Shown here: positions 1-11,100 of the stretch, piece after piece
Layout: the number at the start of each line of letters is the position of its first letter
Position numbering within the stretch: position 1 is the stretch's first letter
Source: a virus
Taxonomy: Duplodnaviria > Caudoviricetes
Reading direction: 5' to 3' (one strand)
IMG/VR virus record: IMGVR_UViG_3300006930_000009
Span: 3,794-67,793 of that record
Length of the DNA: 64,000 bases
Made by a program: the position numbers and the translations under genes
Notes under the pieces: model-generated
Told to the model about the DNA's origin: nothing
Seen by the model: the letters and a program-made list of their open reading frames with translations, nothing else
The model's database searches: none

Positions 1-3000
1 AGGAGCATCGTTCAGGCCGACGACATCCTGTAACGCCTTTAATGTAGTGACTCCGGTGCCACCAGATCCTCCGGATCCTTCTGCCCATTGAGGAATACCG
101 GCTTCTCCGATAGCCAGATACTGCATGATGGTTCGATCGGATGGGGGCTGGAGGTACGTCCAGAACGATCCGGTATAATACAGGATCTGTCCTCTTCCGG
201 TCAGACCGGTAACGTTCACTCCCTCAAGATTCTCCAGACCGATGTCAGTGACCATCAACCGGGGTCGCCATTTCCCCTGTGCTTCTCCGACCTTCTTGAT
301 ATACTGGAGCACCATTCCGGGAACCGGCTCATAATCCTGTTCAGAATCAGTACCCTCAAGGATCTTATGGGTATGTCCGGTGAGGGAGAAGTCCTCAGAT
401 ATATACCCGTTCAGGAACTGGGAGTTCAGACCGACAACCAGTTGTTTATGTGCATTCGGCCCAATACGGAACGGGGGGTTTTCTGCGGCGGAAGTGATCG
501 GGTTGAAGGTATGGATGGCTGCTACAGTCCGGTCAACAGAGACGGACATGTATTGTAAGTGATCATCATGGAGATCCGGTTCAATTAACCCATGATGATA
601 TACCCCTACTGGGGGAAGTGTGGATGAGTTTACCCATTTCCCACCCATGTATACCATGATATCACCCTGCTCAAGGGTTTTCCCACCTGATTCCGCACCG
701 ATCTTGGTGTTAATCAGATAGTTGATATCCGGATACGGGAGGTTTCCACCGAGGCCGTAGTTGTGAGCACAGGTCATATCATACGGGCCGCCGGCAGCAT
801 TTGCATCATTCCAGTAATGATGGCCGGTTGAGTGGGCGACTGTGGTGATATACTGAGGGTGACAGTTTGGTTGAGACCGGTTGGATGCAGAGAATGCCGT
901 GTTATGGTTCGTGGAAAGACCGGGGATCAGTTTATTGGTCCACCGTCCCTGTGCCGGGTTTGCATAGTCACACTCATACATCAGGACATGGCCGTTATTC
1001 AGCCCTTCTGATCCAGTAGAGAGATCAAACTGTACATCATTCAGCTGGCGGAGAAAGTCATGAGGGATGTTCCCGTCAGTACCGGATGCCCGGGATGATA
1101 AAATATCACCCGGCCAGAGTTTGGATCCATTTACCGGTATCTGATGTACCCAGTCCAATGAGGTTACTGATGGGGGAGTATATTGAGGGTCCGGGTGGGT
1201 GCAATCAATGTATTCCTTGAATACCGACATCCGGTGACGGTCATAGTCAAAGTACTGCGGGTGATTACATTTCAGATCCCGGTCAAGGGAGTCGTTATGA
1301 TACGGTGGTGATAAGGTAGGGAGTTTAACCGTCCATGCTCCCTGAAGACCAGCTTTGTTCAGTTTCAAAGCATCCCATACCAACGCCATACCGTGCCCTT
1401 TTGCGGTAAGGGTGTTCGGGTCAGGGAAACTAGATTCAACATCTTTCAGGTTTTTAAGATAATCATGTGGGATGTTGGCGAAACTATGAGCAGCGGATGA
1501 ATGGAGCTGCCCCCATCGGGTATCGAAATCCAGTGCAGCTCCCGGAACTACCTCATGATACCCGTTCACGATCTGCGTCTGGGATGTCCGGATATACTGG
1601 TTATGAGCGGTATCAATCAGACGGTCCGTAAGTTGCTGGTGAAACTGTGCCCCTCCGGCGGGAGCGATGTTGATCCACCGTCCTTTCGTTGCTGACCATG
1701 CCAGCATCTGCCCGTCTGATAACGCGTCTCCATTCTCCTCAGTACCGATATCAACATCTTTTAACCATCGGATATGATCATGAGGGATAGACCCGTCATT
1801 ATGTTCGGTGCCGAAATAGTGACGAGCGGTCGTATCATGGCGGGTACCGTCGGTACGCATATACTGGGTGTGTACATCACCCACAGAGAGCCCTTTTAAC
1901 TGGTTATGGGAGAATGTCTGTTCCAGAGGAGACCATCTTCCACCCTGCCAGATCCGAATGACGTTCGCCGGATCAATCGATCCGATGATGATCGCCGTAC
2001 CGAGCCATAACCCGTCGATGCGTAAATACGTATCAATGTCTTCGACGTAGACACAATACCCTTCGGCCGGATTATACCAGTGCCACTGCTGACCATCAAA
2101 TTCGGCAATGCGTTCTGCTTTGGACGGATCGGCTCGCCATGCATTTGACTCACTGCATTGGCCGTTAATGACGGATCCTACCAGATACCGTTCTCCTTTA
2201 TGCAGGAGTTTCGTGGCTGCGTCTACACTTCGGAAGATATCCCCGGAGATGATACTCTTTACCGGTTTAATCCAACCGATATGTTCAACCCAGTCTCGGG
2301 ACACTACATGGTGGTTATACCCGCCGTCTACCGCATCCGGATAATACCCGGGATCGGCGACGTTCATGATCATATGCCGGGTACCATCCTCCTCTTCCAT
2401 GTTCAGGTCGCAGAACATCCGGGCCCGGTCAGATAAGTCTATCCGGAGATACTGTGGGTGGTCGTCATGGGTGAGCGATCGCAGATTGTAGTGGATCTGT
2501 GTACCGCCGAACATGCACCAGATAGACCCGTTGAACGTATACTGCCGGTCGATGTTGTATACGTACATCGCCCACATCAGGGACGGGGTCTCGTATCGCC
2601 ATCCATTGATGGAATCGTACTGAGCTACCTGATTCGAATGCGTGTAAAAGATATTCAGATCTCCATCAGAGGTGTATTGGGGCTGGTTCTCCCGGATGAT
2701 GCACCGGTATCCGCCAAACCATTCTGCCGGTTTCGGGCATTCGGTGACAATATCCAGTACTTCCTTCTTCCACTCCAGACCCTGAATCCGGTAATCGACA
2801 TAGAGTTTATTAGTACCGTCTAACTGATCAACCGGATCAGCAACATTCTGGATCCGGTGCTCCTGCATATTCAGGTCGCAGAACAGTTTGTTCCGATCCC
2901 CGTTCTGCCCTCCGGTAATGTGCAGATATTGGGTATGATCATCGCCGGTAGCGGTATCAATAAACGAATGGTGAGATAAATGGTCCGTATATTTAACAAA

Positions 3001-5106
3001 TGCGTCTGCATGAAGACCGTCAAGGGTATCAGACGGGATCCCGGAGGTGTGACCGAGGCCGTATGGTGGGGACAGGTTATTCTGTGCCTGTTTCACTAAC
3101 TTTGCCGTAATGGATGCCGGAGTAAAGACTTCTGACGGGGTCTCACTCAGGACATATCCGGTATGCGAATGGTTGGATGACGCGAAATAATCTGCGTGCT
3201 TCCCATCCACCATATCAGCATTGACTCCTTCTCCGCGGGTTTCCGGAGATACATCATCTCCTTGAAACAGGATAGCAGATCGGTAACCGTCGAAAAACTC
3301 CGCATTTAATCCTAATACGGTATATCGCTGTGCTGTGGCGGCAACATTCTCCCCAATGGTAAACGGAGTGGCGATGACTGCTCCAGTCTCCGGATCTACT
3401 TCCGGAATGGGGTTGAAGGTGTGCCGGGCGGTGATAACATTATGCAGCGTGCGATGTACATATTGGGATTCCCCTCCGATGGTGAGTGGGAGCCATTGCC
3501 CATTATCGGTATTTAATACGTAAATACAGTCACGTTCTTCGACATAACACGAACATCCGTTGTTCGTGATGGTCATCTCCCACCCGGAAGAGCCTAAATA
3601 CTCATAGATGTAGTTGACCTGCCAGTTTGGTTCTGATGATAAATTAATCCCGGTGGAAATATACCGGGCATGAAGAACCGGGTTTTCAGGAAGACCGTCC
3701 GTCGGATCAAAGAAGTTAATGACCGAAGACTGCCAGTCGCTGCCCTGATTGACATTGGTCTTCTGCCATGTCGTTCCTTCATAGGAATATAACTGGTCCA
3801 GTTCAAGCACGTATGCGGTAAACCCTTTCCGGGGAGCCCGTTCCTGCCATGCTCCGTCATACGTATAGATATACCCATACTTCCAACCATGGCCGGCAAG
3901 GTTACAGATATACCGATTGCCTATTGCCGGGGATGTAGGGATACCGGCAGATGCATTATAAAACCGGTCTACTGGCTGTAACCAATCGAAATCAAGCAAC
4001 CACTCATACGAATGGAACATCGTTACCCAGTCAGACCCGTTAAACAGGAACAGATCATGATCGGCTTTGCTGTAAATAAGCCAGCCTTCGGTAGGAGTAT
4101 AATCAACCCATCCTTTCTGGGTAAACTCGTAAATATGGTTTTTTGTCCACGATGCCGTCTTTGTCGCAATATACCGATCGCCTATTGCCGGGGATGTAGG
4201 GAGTGTTACGGATGGATCGATAAATGATAATACCGGTCCCTGCCATGCCATTGAGTCGGTAGAGCCTTTGATCTTCGACCAGACGGTTCCATCGAAGATA
4301 AATAACGACTCCTCCATCTCGATATAACAGGCACATCCTTTATTAATGTAAATGGATGTCCATCCGGTTTCCGCGGTATAATGGTAAATCCGGTTCGGGT
4401 GCCACTGAGGAGTTACCGAGGTGTTCGTGCCGGTAGAAATATACCGATCTCCGGAGGTTGGGGAAGACGGAAGAGCGGACGATGGGTCATAAAAGTTCAG
4501 GACTGAATCCTGCCAGTCGATAGATCCGACCCGAGAATCTACATATTGTTTTGTGACCAGATCTCCCACACCGACGACGGTATTGACATTCGTCAGCATG
4601 TGGAAGTTCATATTCAGGTCGCCTTCCATCTTTGACGACCCGTCTTTCAGGAAAGCCGGGTTTACAATATTGATGAACTTTCCGTATGGGGTTCCGGCTG
4701 CATACTGAAGGATATCACCGGCCCGTGGGTTATTGATATCAAACCAGCTGACGCCGGGAGTCGGGCCGTCAGATCCGGTATCAGTAACCGGGACATTCAC
4801 CCATCGCTGGGTAATCCCGTCATACTGAAGAATATCTCCGTTTTTAATATAGTTTTTCAGATTGACGTCATCAAGTGCCCGAAGCGTTAAATCTTCATGG
4901 ATCCATTCTTTATTTACAAGGCTGTAACGGAGGATCTGCCGATCGTTTGCCGGGCGGAGGGGAGACTGTCCGGAACTACCGATACCTAACGCCTTATCGA
5001 TCTTCTCAAAATTGTCATTAACATCGTTACCCCAGCCGACTTCCCCTTCTTTCGGCTGGTATAACGTATATTTATCGGTATACGTCCCCTGTTTCTCGTC
5101 TCCCAT
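1..5106 (-). CDS. Long modular tail fibre / adhesin, 3'-partial (>=1702 aa, runs off window)
   Basis: Translated by hand: ATG at 5106 (MGDEKQGTYTDKYTLYQPKEGEVGWGNDVNDNFEKIDKAL...), no stop to position 1. Six DUF2793-like repeats (WQ..V..F.DP..LP..P..GDRYI), seven H...DDHxQY repeats, HxH motifs, NAD.+DG.HA motifs; TTTATATA box 25 nt upstream. Confidence 0.9.
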   Translation of the reverse strand, partial: MGDEKQGTYTDKYTLYQPKEGEVGWGNDVNDNFEKIDKALGIGSSGQSPLRPANDRQILRYSLVNKEWIHEDLTLRALDDVNLKNYIKNGDILQYDGITQRWVNVPVTDTGSDGPTPGVSWFDINNPRAGDILQYAAGTPYGKFINIVNPAFLKDGSSKMEGDLNMNFHMLTNVNTVVGVGDLVTKQYVDSRVGSIDWQDSVLNFYDPSSALPSSPTSGDRYISTGTNTSVTPQWHPNRIYHYTAETGWTSIYINKGCACYIEMEESLFIFDGTVWSKIKGSTDSMAWQGPVLSFIDPSVTLPTSPAIGDRYIATKTASWTKNHIYEFTQKGWVDYTPTEGWLIYSKADHDLFLFNGSDWVTMFHSYEWLLDFDWLQPVDRFYNASAGIPTSPAIGNRYICNLAGHGWKYGYIYTYDGAWQERAPRKGFTAYVLELDQLYSYEGTTWQKTNVNQGSDWQSSVINFFDPTDGLPENPVLHARYISTGINLSSEPNWQVNYIYEYLGSSGWEMTITNNGCSCYVEERDCIYVLNTDNGQWLPLTIGGESQYVHRTLHNVITARHTFNPIPEVDPETGAVIATPFTIGENVAATAQRYTVLGLNAEFFDGYRSAILFQGDDVSPETRGEGVNADMVDGKHADYFASSNHSHTGYVLSETPSEVFTPASITAKLVKQAQNNLSPPYGLGHTSGIPSDTLDGLHADAFVKYTDHLSHHSFIDTATGDDHTQYLHITGGQNGDRNKLFCDLNMQEHRIQNVADPVDQLDGTNKLYVDYRIQGLEWKKEVLDIVTECPKPAEWFGGYRCIIRENQPQYTSDGDLNIFYTHSNQVAQYDSINGWRYETPSLMWAMYVYNIDRQYTFNGSIWCMFGGTQIHYNLRSLTHDDHPQYLRIDLSDRARMFCDLNMEEEDGTRHMIMNVADPGYYPDAVDGGYNHHVVSRDWVEHIGWIKPVKSIISGDIFRSVDAATKLLHKGERYLVGSVINGQCSESNAWRADPSKAERIAEFDGQQWHWYNPAEGYCVYVEDIDTYLRIDGLWLGTAIIIGSIDPANVIRIWQGGRWSPLEQTFSHNQLKGLSVGDVHTQYMRTDGTRHDTTARHYFGTEHNDGSIPHDHIRWLKDVDIGTEENGDALSDGQMLAWSATKGRWINIAPAGGAQFHQQLTDRLIDTAHNQYIRTSQTQIVNGYHEVVPGAALDFDTRWGQLHSSAAHSFANIPHDYLKNLKDVESSFPDPNTLTAKGHGMALVWDALKLNKAGLQGAWTVKLPTLSPPYHNDSLDRDLKCNHPQYFDYDRHRMSVFKEYIDCTHPDPQYTPPSVTSLDWVHQIPVNGSKLWPGDILSSRASGTDGNIPHDFLRQLNDVQFDLSTGSEGLNNGHVLMYECDYANPAQGRWTNKLIPGLSTNHNTAFSASNRSQPNCHPQYITTVAHSTGHHYWNDANAAGGPYDMTCAHNYGLGGNLPYPDINYLINTKIGAESGGKTLEQGDIMVYMGGKWVNSSTLPPVGVYHHGLIEPDLHDDHLQYMSVSVDRTVAAIHTFNPITSAAENPPFRIGPNAHKQLVVGLNSQFLNGYISEDFSLTGHTHKILEGTDSEQDYEPVPGMVLQYIKKVGEAQGKWRPRLMVTDIGLENLEGVNVTGLTGRGQILYYTGSFWTYLQPPSDRTIMQYLAIGEAGIPQWAEGSGGSGGTGVTTLKALQDVVGLNDAP

Positions 5107-5130
5107 ATCGTCAAATATGGAATAGAAAAC

Positions 5131-5138
5131 TATATAAA
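5131..5138 (-). promoter_or_regulatory. TATA box (TTTATATA) of leaderless fibre gene
   Basis: 25 nt upstream of ATG 5106, in context AACTGTTATTTATATAGTT. Confidence 0.6.
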
Positions 5139-5149
5139 TAACAGTTGAA

Positions 5150-8100
5150 TCAGGAAGTGGTGAGTTTGGTCATATTGACCTGCTCAAACTCAATTTTCAA
5201 TAAGTAATGAGGCGGGGATGCATACGGCTGTTGCAACTCATTATATAAGGTTGTGGATTTTCCAAACTGTGAAGTGAATGTCCCGATCACGTTTCCTACG
5301 CCATCGACGATCCGGGTGCCGATAAGACCACTGTAGTTCCCATCAGATGGATTAAACTCACTGCTGTTAATAAGCCCGACATAAATCGGGGCGATCTTCG
5401 CCGGGTTTGCCGCAGTGGTGAACTGGTCTTCATAGCAGATGTTCGGATATTTCTTCTTGATCGAGGCGGCATATACCGTGGTGGTCGGATCGTCCTGATA
5501 CATCGTCGGATCCGGAATCATAATCTTATTCGATGAACAGGTGAACTTAGTAAGTTTTCCACAATAGGTGCAGTATAATCCATACCCTTTTTCGTATGGT
5601 TTAATGGCCTTCTGACCTACCGGGAGTGATCCCTCTGACGGAACCGCGTCGTTTCCGGACCATGTGACTAGTCCCCATTGGTGCGTCTGATAGAAGTGGA
5701 TCGACTGATTCAGTTGGGTATCAGCGAAACAGGTTTTCACTGCACGAACAACGATTGCAATGTCTTTCGGCTTTGCAATGCTATATTTAATGCTGCATAT
5801 ATCCAATCCGTATTCATTCTGCGAGAATTCCATCTCACAGTCGGGGGATGAAATATACACCTCTACCGATGGTTGCACAACCGTCTCGGTAACTCCGTCA
5901 TAGGTATAGGTAAATGGAGATCCCGGTATAGTAAGTTTATATGCTTCTTCCGTCAGATTATCCGGAGATAATGCGTTTACATACGGGTCTGCAACAGAGT
6001 TTGGATTATTCTGGCTGAACGTAATGTAGACATACCCGCCATATCGGATCGTCTCTACCTCTCCATTATCATGCGTGATCTTCAGATCAAATGATGTATG
6101 CAGGTATGGCCCGATAGCGGCAATGACCTGAGGGAGCATCACGTAATACGAGAACTCTCCATACGGAGTCTGCTCATCCTTGATGTAGTATTTTGTCGGA
6201 AGAGTGATCTCTACATTCCCGTCTTCATCCTCTATTGTTGTCGTGATGTTCTCTACAGTTACCGATCCGGCTTTCTTCGCCTGTAATGGAGGGGAAAGGT
6301 AAAACCGTATATAATTTACATCGGCTTCAGCAACTTGACCGTTGGTATACAACGACTTTAAGTAAATCGGGTATTGGGGTCCGGAAGACGCCTCTTCCCG
6401 GGTAGATGCAACGATCACTTTCCGTCCGGAATCAAAATCCGCATAGATGGTGGTAGTGGGATCAATCGTGATATCATCTTCTGCGGGATCTCCTTCCTCT
6501 TCTGATAACGAATCGTAATCAGCGACATGATACGCTTTGAAAGCGAACGTAATCTCCGGATAGACAATACCTGTTGTTCCGGTGAGTGTCAGAGATACTA
6601 CATAGAAATGCGGGCCGTCGGATGCAGATGATTTAAAGGTGAACGGATCGGTGATATCAGATGCTGGAGATGTGGTAAGTACCGTTCCGTCAACCGTCAC
6701 TTTCCATATTGCCGATGAGATCATATCTGATGTGATCCGTAACCCGGAATGGAGATCCCATAAGGTGGTCGGATCGATACTTGCCTGCATAATCCAGCCA
6801 TCACCCACGGTACCGATATACGTAAGCTGGTTTGTCACCGGGTTCGCAATGGTAACGGATTTATTGGCACTGGTTACGGTGATGTTGTTCCGGGAGGTGG
6901 ATGAATTGTATGCATACAGGTAGAACGGGAGTTTTGTTGTTCGCACCGATATGGCTGATGTGGAATCAATAATATAGGATTCGGTAGACTGGATACCGGT
7001 GTAACCCCTTGCAGTAAGGAACTCATTTGCCACATTCATCCCCTGTTTCAGATACGGGATAGATGATAACTGTCTCCAGTCTGCATCAGGGCGCTTTGCC
7101 ATCGTAATTGAGGTAGGGAATATTGTTTGGGGGATCGTTCCGGTGGATTTGACGGATCCGTTTACGTATAGTGTACAGACATCTCCCTTTTTCACGCAGG
7201 CGATATGATACCAAAGTCCGGTGAGGAGAGATATGGACATGGATGCAAGATCAGTCGTATCATTTCTCAGTGCCCATGTTACCATATATGCAGATCCGGA
7301 TGCATCTACCCGGATGGTATGGTTCGTGTTCCATGTTTGGGTATCATGGGAGTAAAGGTAATACGTCCCATTTCCGGAACCATCCTGCCGGAACCAGAAT
7401 TCGATAGTGAAATCTGATGATGTAAAGGCGAGTGATGCATCATAGGGGATGGAGAGGTACTGAGTGCTTCCACGGGACAGAGTGAAACACCGGTCAAACT
7501 TCCCAGTAGCATATACCGGAGTGTCAAATGACGATATCGTCCGGTTATACGATGAGGTATCCTGTAAATTCCCATTGAATGGAATATTTACTAATACATT
7601 TGCATCAACATCAAATGCTACTGAAGGTGAGGTAAACTCTCCGTTATACCGGGCAATGTTGGATATACGAAGACTGTCAATATAGGGAGTGCATCCCGTC
7701 ACTGAATACCAGTAAGGAATACCGTTTGTCAGTTTCATACACCCGATTGAGATCACGGTATCAAATAGACCCGGTGACAAGGATTTCGTCGTGATGGTAT
7801 AGGATAACGTGTCCGGGGCGGACTCGGGGAGCAGTTGATTTGATGAGGATACCGGGCTTGGTGAGGTGAGATAGGTATACTTTGCTGATTCAGGTCCGAT
7901 ATCCATACGAGCGCCGTCACGTAGTTCACCCGGGGAACGGGTGCTGCCAAAATAATACGATCGGTCATTGAACTCATACATATACCCATAGGTAAGACCG
8001 GGTGATACAGCAGTTCCCCAGAGATCCCCGAATGCCGGGTAAAACCCTTCAGGATTACATTTCCGATAGAGTAAATTTCGCAAAGATTTAATATATGCAT

Positions 8101-11100
8101 CGGATGATACACCGGGCCACCAGATATCATTCAGGTAAAATCCGTAATACCACCCATACTTACTAACGGAGTTTGGGATGGGTAAGGATGCATTACACCT
8201 GACGGACGGGATCATACTGGTATTTACCAGACAGGGATCGATTTCACTATTGATCTTAAGCCCGTCGTAGATAACTGACCCTAATGATGAATCAGTAACG
8301 GTGTATTGCAATACCGGGAATTCAATCTGGTATCCACGGGATGCCTGATCAGCATTATACCCTGCCTGATTGAGTCCGTTCATCACCTTCATCTTCCGGA
8401 TCGGATACCGGGGTGAGGTATAGGTCTTGGTTATCGTATTCTGATAATAATACGTGATCGTAACAAGGATGTACGCATTTACTTCAGATCCGGTGAGGTT
8501 CAGATCCTCTACGATATACGGAGATATTTTGACGTTCTCTCCAGCAAGGCACTGCATCTTATCAGATACATATCGGGACTTCAGGCCGGAATTTGTCCAT
8601 ACTTCGGTCGTAAGCTTATAGTACATATTCTTCCCGACGTGAGCTGATTTCGGGCCCTGATTGTACTTCACCATCACCGGATTCGGCATCCCTTCATAGA
8701 TCAATGCCCCGTCTACCGATATTCCTGTGCGATTGTTGACATCAAGACTATACGGTCCTTCATTGAAGCAATAGTTCACGGCTTTCGGCTTTAATAACGT
8801 CTTATGCAGTAACGACTGGGATCCGTAGATGTTGTGTAACTGAGAGACATTGAACAGAATTTTGGATGACCCAAAGTAGGTATCGGTGGTGATCACAATT
8901 CTGACAGGAACCGTAACTTCGCTCACGGTCGTCTTTCCATACCGGGAGTCGGTAGCCTGTACATGAATAGATCCGGTATAGGTAAGATTCCGGCAGATCA
9001 TCCGGGGGTAGTGGAACCGGAAATAGGTCTGATCATTGGTCTGATGAGCGGTAGTTGCATGGAGAAGCATTGCTGACTTCCCCGTAACCGATACATCCCC
9101 GTTCGGATCCATGGTTGCTGATGATGCATATAGATCTTCTGTCAGATGAACATCCCATACAAAGGTAAGGCCGGGGATGGATTGTGCTGCAGTCACCACT
9201 GACTTCCCCGTCTTATTGGTGAGATAGGGAAATACCATCGGGTATAACCGGTCGTTAATGAAATGCCCTAACGCATACGATGTATTTACCGTATCAATGC
9301 CTTCGATATGTTCTGTATAGGTTAACGGTTTTGCCAATGTAGGGTAATCTTCATAGGGGACTTCAAGAGACTGGAGTCGAACAGTATACCCGTCATTCAG
9401 CTTCACCGGAGTGGCGTCGATCTTAATCGAATATTTGCTGATAGCAGGTTCTACATATACTCCATCGACGACTTCGAACAGACTTAAGGTGACGGTATAT
9501 ACTCCCATATCAATAAAATTGAAATCCCACTGGTTAGAGTAGAGATCATTCTGAAGATTGACATATACCGCGTCAGATGCCCGGACAATGGATGAATTTC
9601 CATCAGTATACGCATAATCCCACTTCAATTTATAGGATTTATCCGTATCTTTGATGACATAGGTGAGAAACGACTGGTTGTTCACCTGAATGTACATATC
9701 GGATTTTAATGCAGCCGTCTGGTTTTCCACCCCGCCGGCGATCTTGATATAATGATATGGATACGGGTAGAACAACTCTGCATAAAACTCGTCCGTAAGT
9801 GCATACGAATACCCGATGGTGTTCCCTAACAGATCTTTTACATACACCCTGAGGGAGATGATATAATGCCCGTAGGTATCCGGGGTGAACATCACCGCTC
9901 CGGATTTATTTACCGCACCGACCATCACCGGAGAGTGGTCATGATACGGAGAGATCCCCCAGTAGACATTCCACTCATATTCAAAGACGCATTCATACGG
10001 GAGAGCGTTCGGAATAGAGCACTGCATCGATATCATGTCGCGAGGGAATACCCCGACGACCCATCGTGGGTTCGTTGCCTTCAGATCAACCGGATTATCC
10101 CACTCCCATAGGTAGTTACAGGTTTTCAGATCTTTCCATCTGACGGTTTTTGCATTGGTGACATTTGCCACATACCCGGACGGATACGTCTTTTTCAACG
10201 CAATCATGATCGTCCATACGGCATCATGCACCTGTAACGGCTTTAAGGATCCACACTCTGGTAAGTACAAGACATCCTGATCATTAAACTCCGGGAAGGA
10301 TCGGAGTACCGAATCCTGAGGGCGGATAGACCATGTGACGGTATCACAGTCGGATGAGTTGTTTACGCAGAGGAGATCTTCCGCATTGACCAACCCATAA
10401 TTGACATTATACGGATATACGACGACGAAATCCCCGGTAAGAGATGGAATAGGGATTGCATACAGGGTGATGTCTGCATACCGGTTGAAATACCAATCCG
10501 TAATCGTCGGGGTAAGCACGGTGAGCCGGATAGTATATGGTCCGGAGACGGTAGGGAGGTATGAGAACGTATCAGTGAGCGGGTTGGTAACATTCTTTGT
10601 ATAGACGATTGCGCCTGAATTAAACGCCTCTCCACTGGATATATCGATCCGGATACAGGGTGATGTTGCCCGGATCAGGTTCATCAGGTTTGCCGGGGAT
10701 GTGGCTGATGCCTGTGCTCCCGGAGAATACGGGAATACGGCTACTTTCCCGGCAATAGCAACTTTCGTGATCTCGGTTTTGTCCCCAGCGATCGGGGAGT
10801 TCAGGATCATGTCAAATATGCAAGTCTTTCCCCGACCCGCTACGGCTTTCGTATTCCGGTCAGGATACACATGGATGCGTTTTCTCACCCAGTCACTGTA
10901 CTCAGCACCTCTCTTCACCCGAAGGTAAATGTCCAGAATGGATTCAGAGTCCGTCTCGATGGTATACTCAAGACCGGGACCAATGGCGGTAAAGGTACGG
11001 TTCCCGGCTCCAAATCCCCGTTCGACAACTTTCCATTCGAACGACTCGGGGAAACAGTCACATGTCTGGTCACAGATGATCTTTGTCGGATCCGTATCCG

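Noticed and set aside
3908-4202. CRISPR-like repeat pair
   Set aside because: Only two copies, 261 bp apart, in frame inside coding repeats
88-4336. Short ORFs on both strands in the track (88..558, 2158..2436, 2458..2823, etc.)
   Set aside because: Antisense or off-frame shadows of the continuous minus-strand fibre ORF 1..5106
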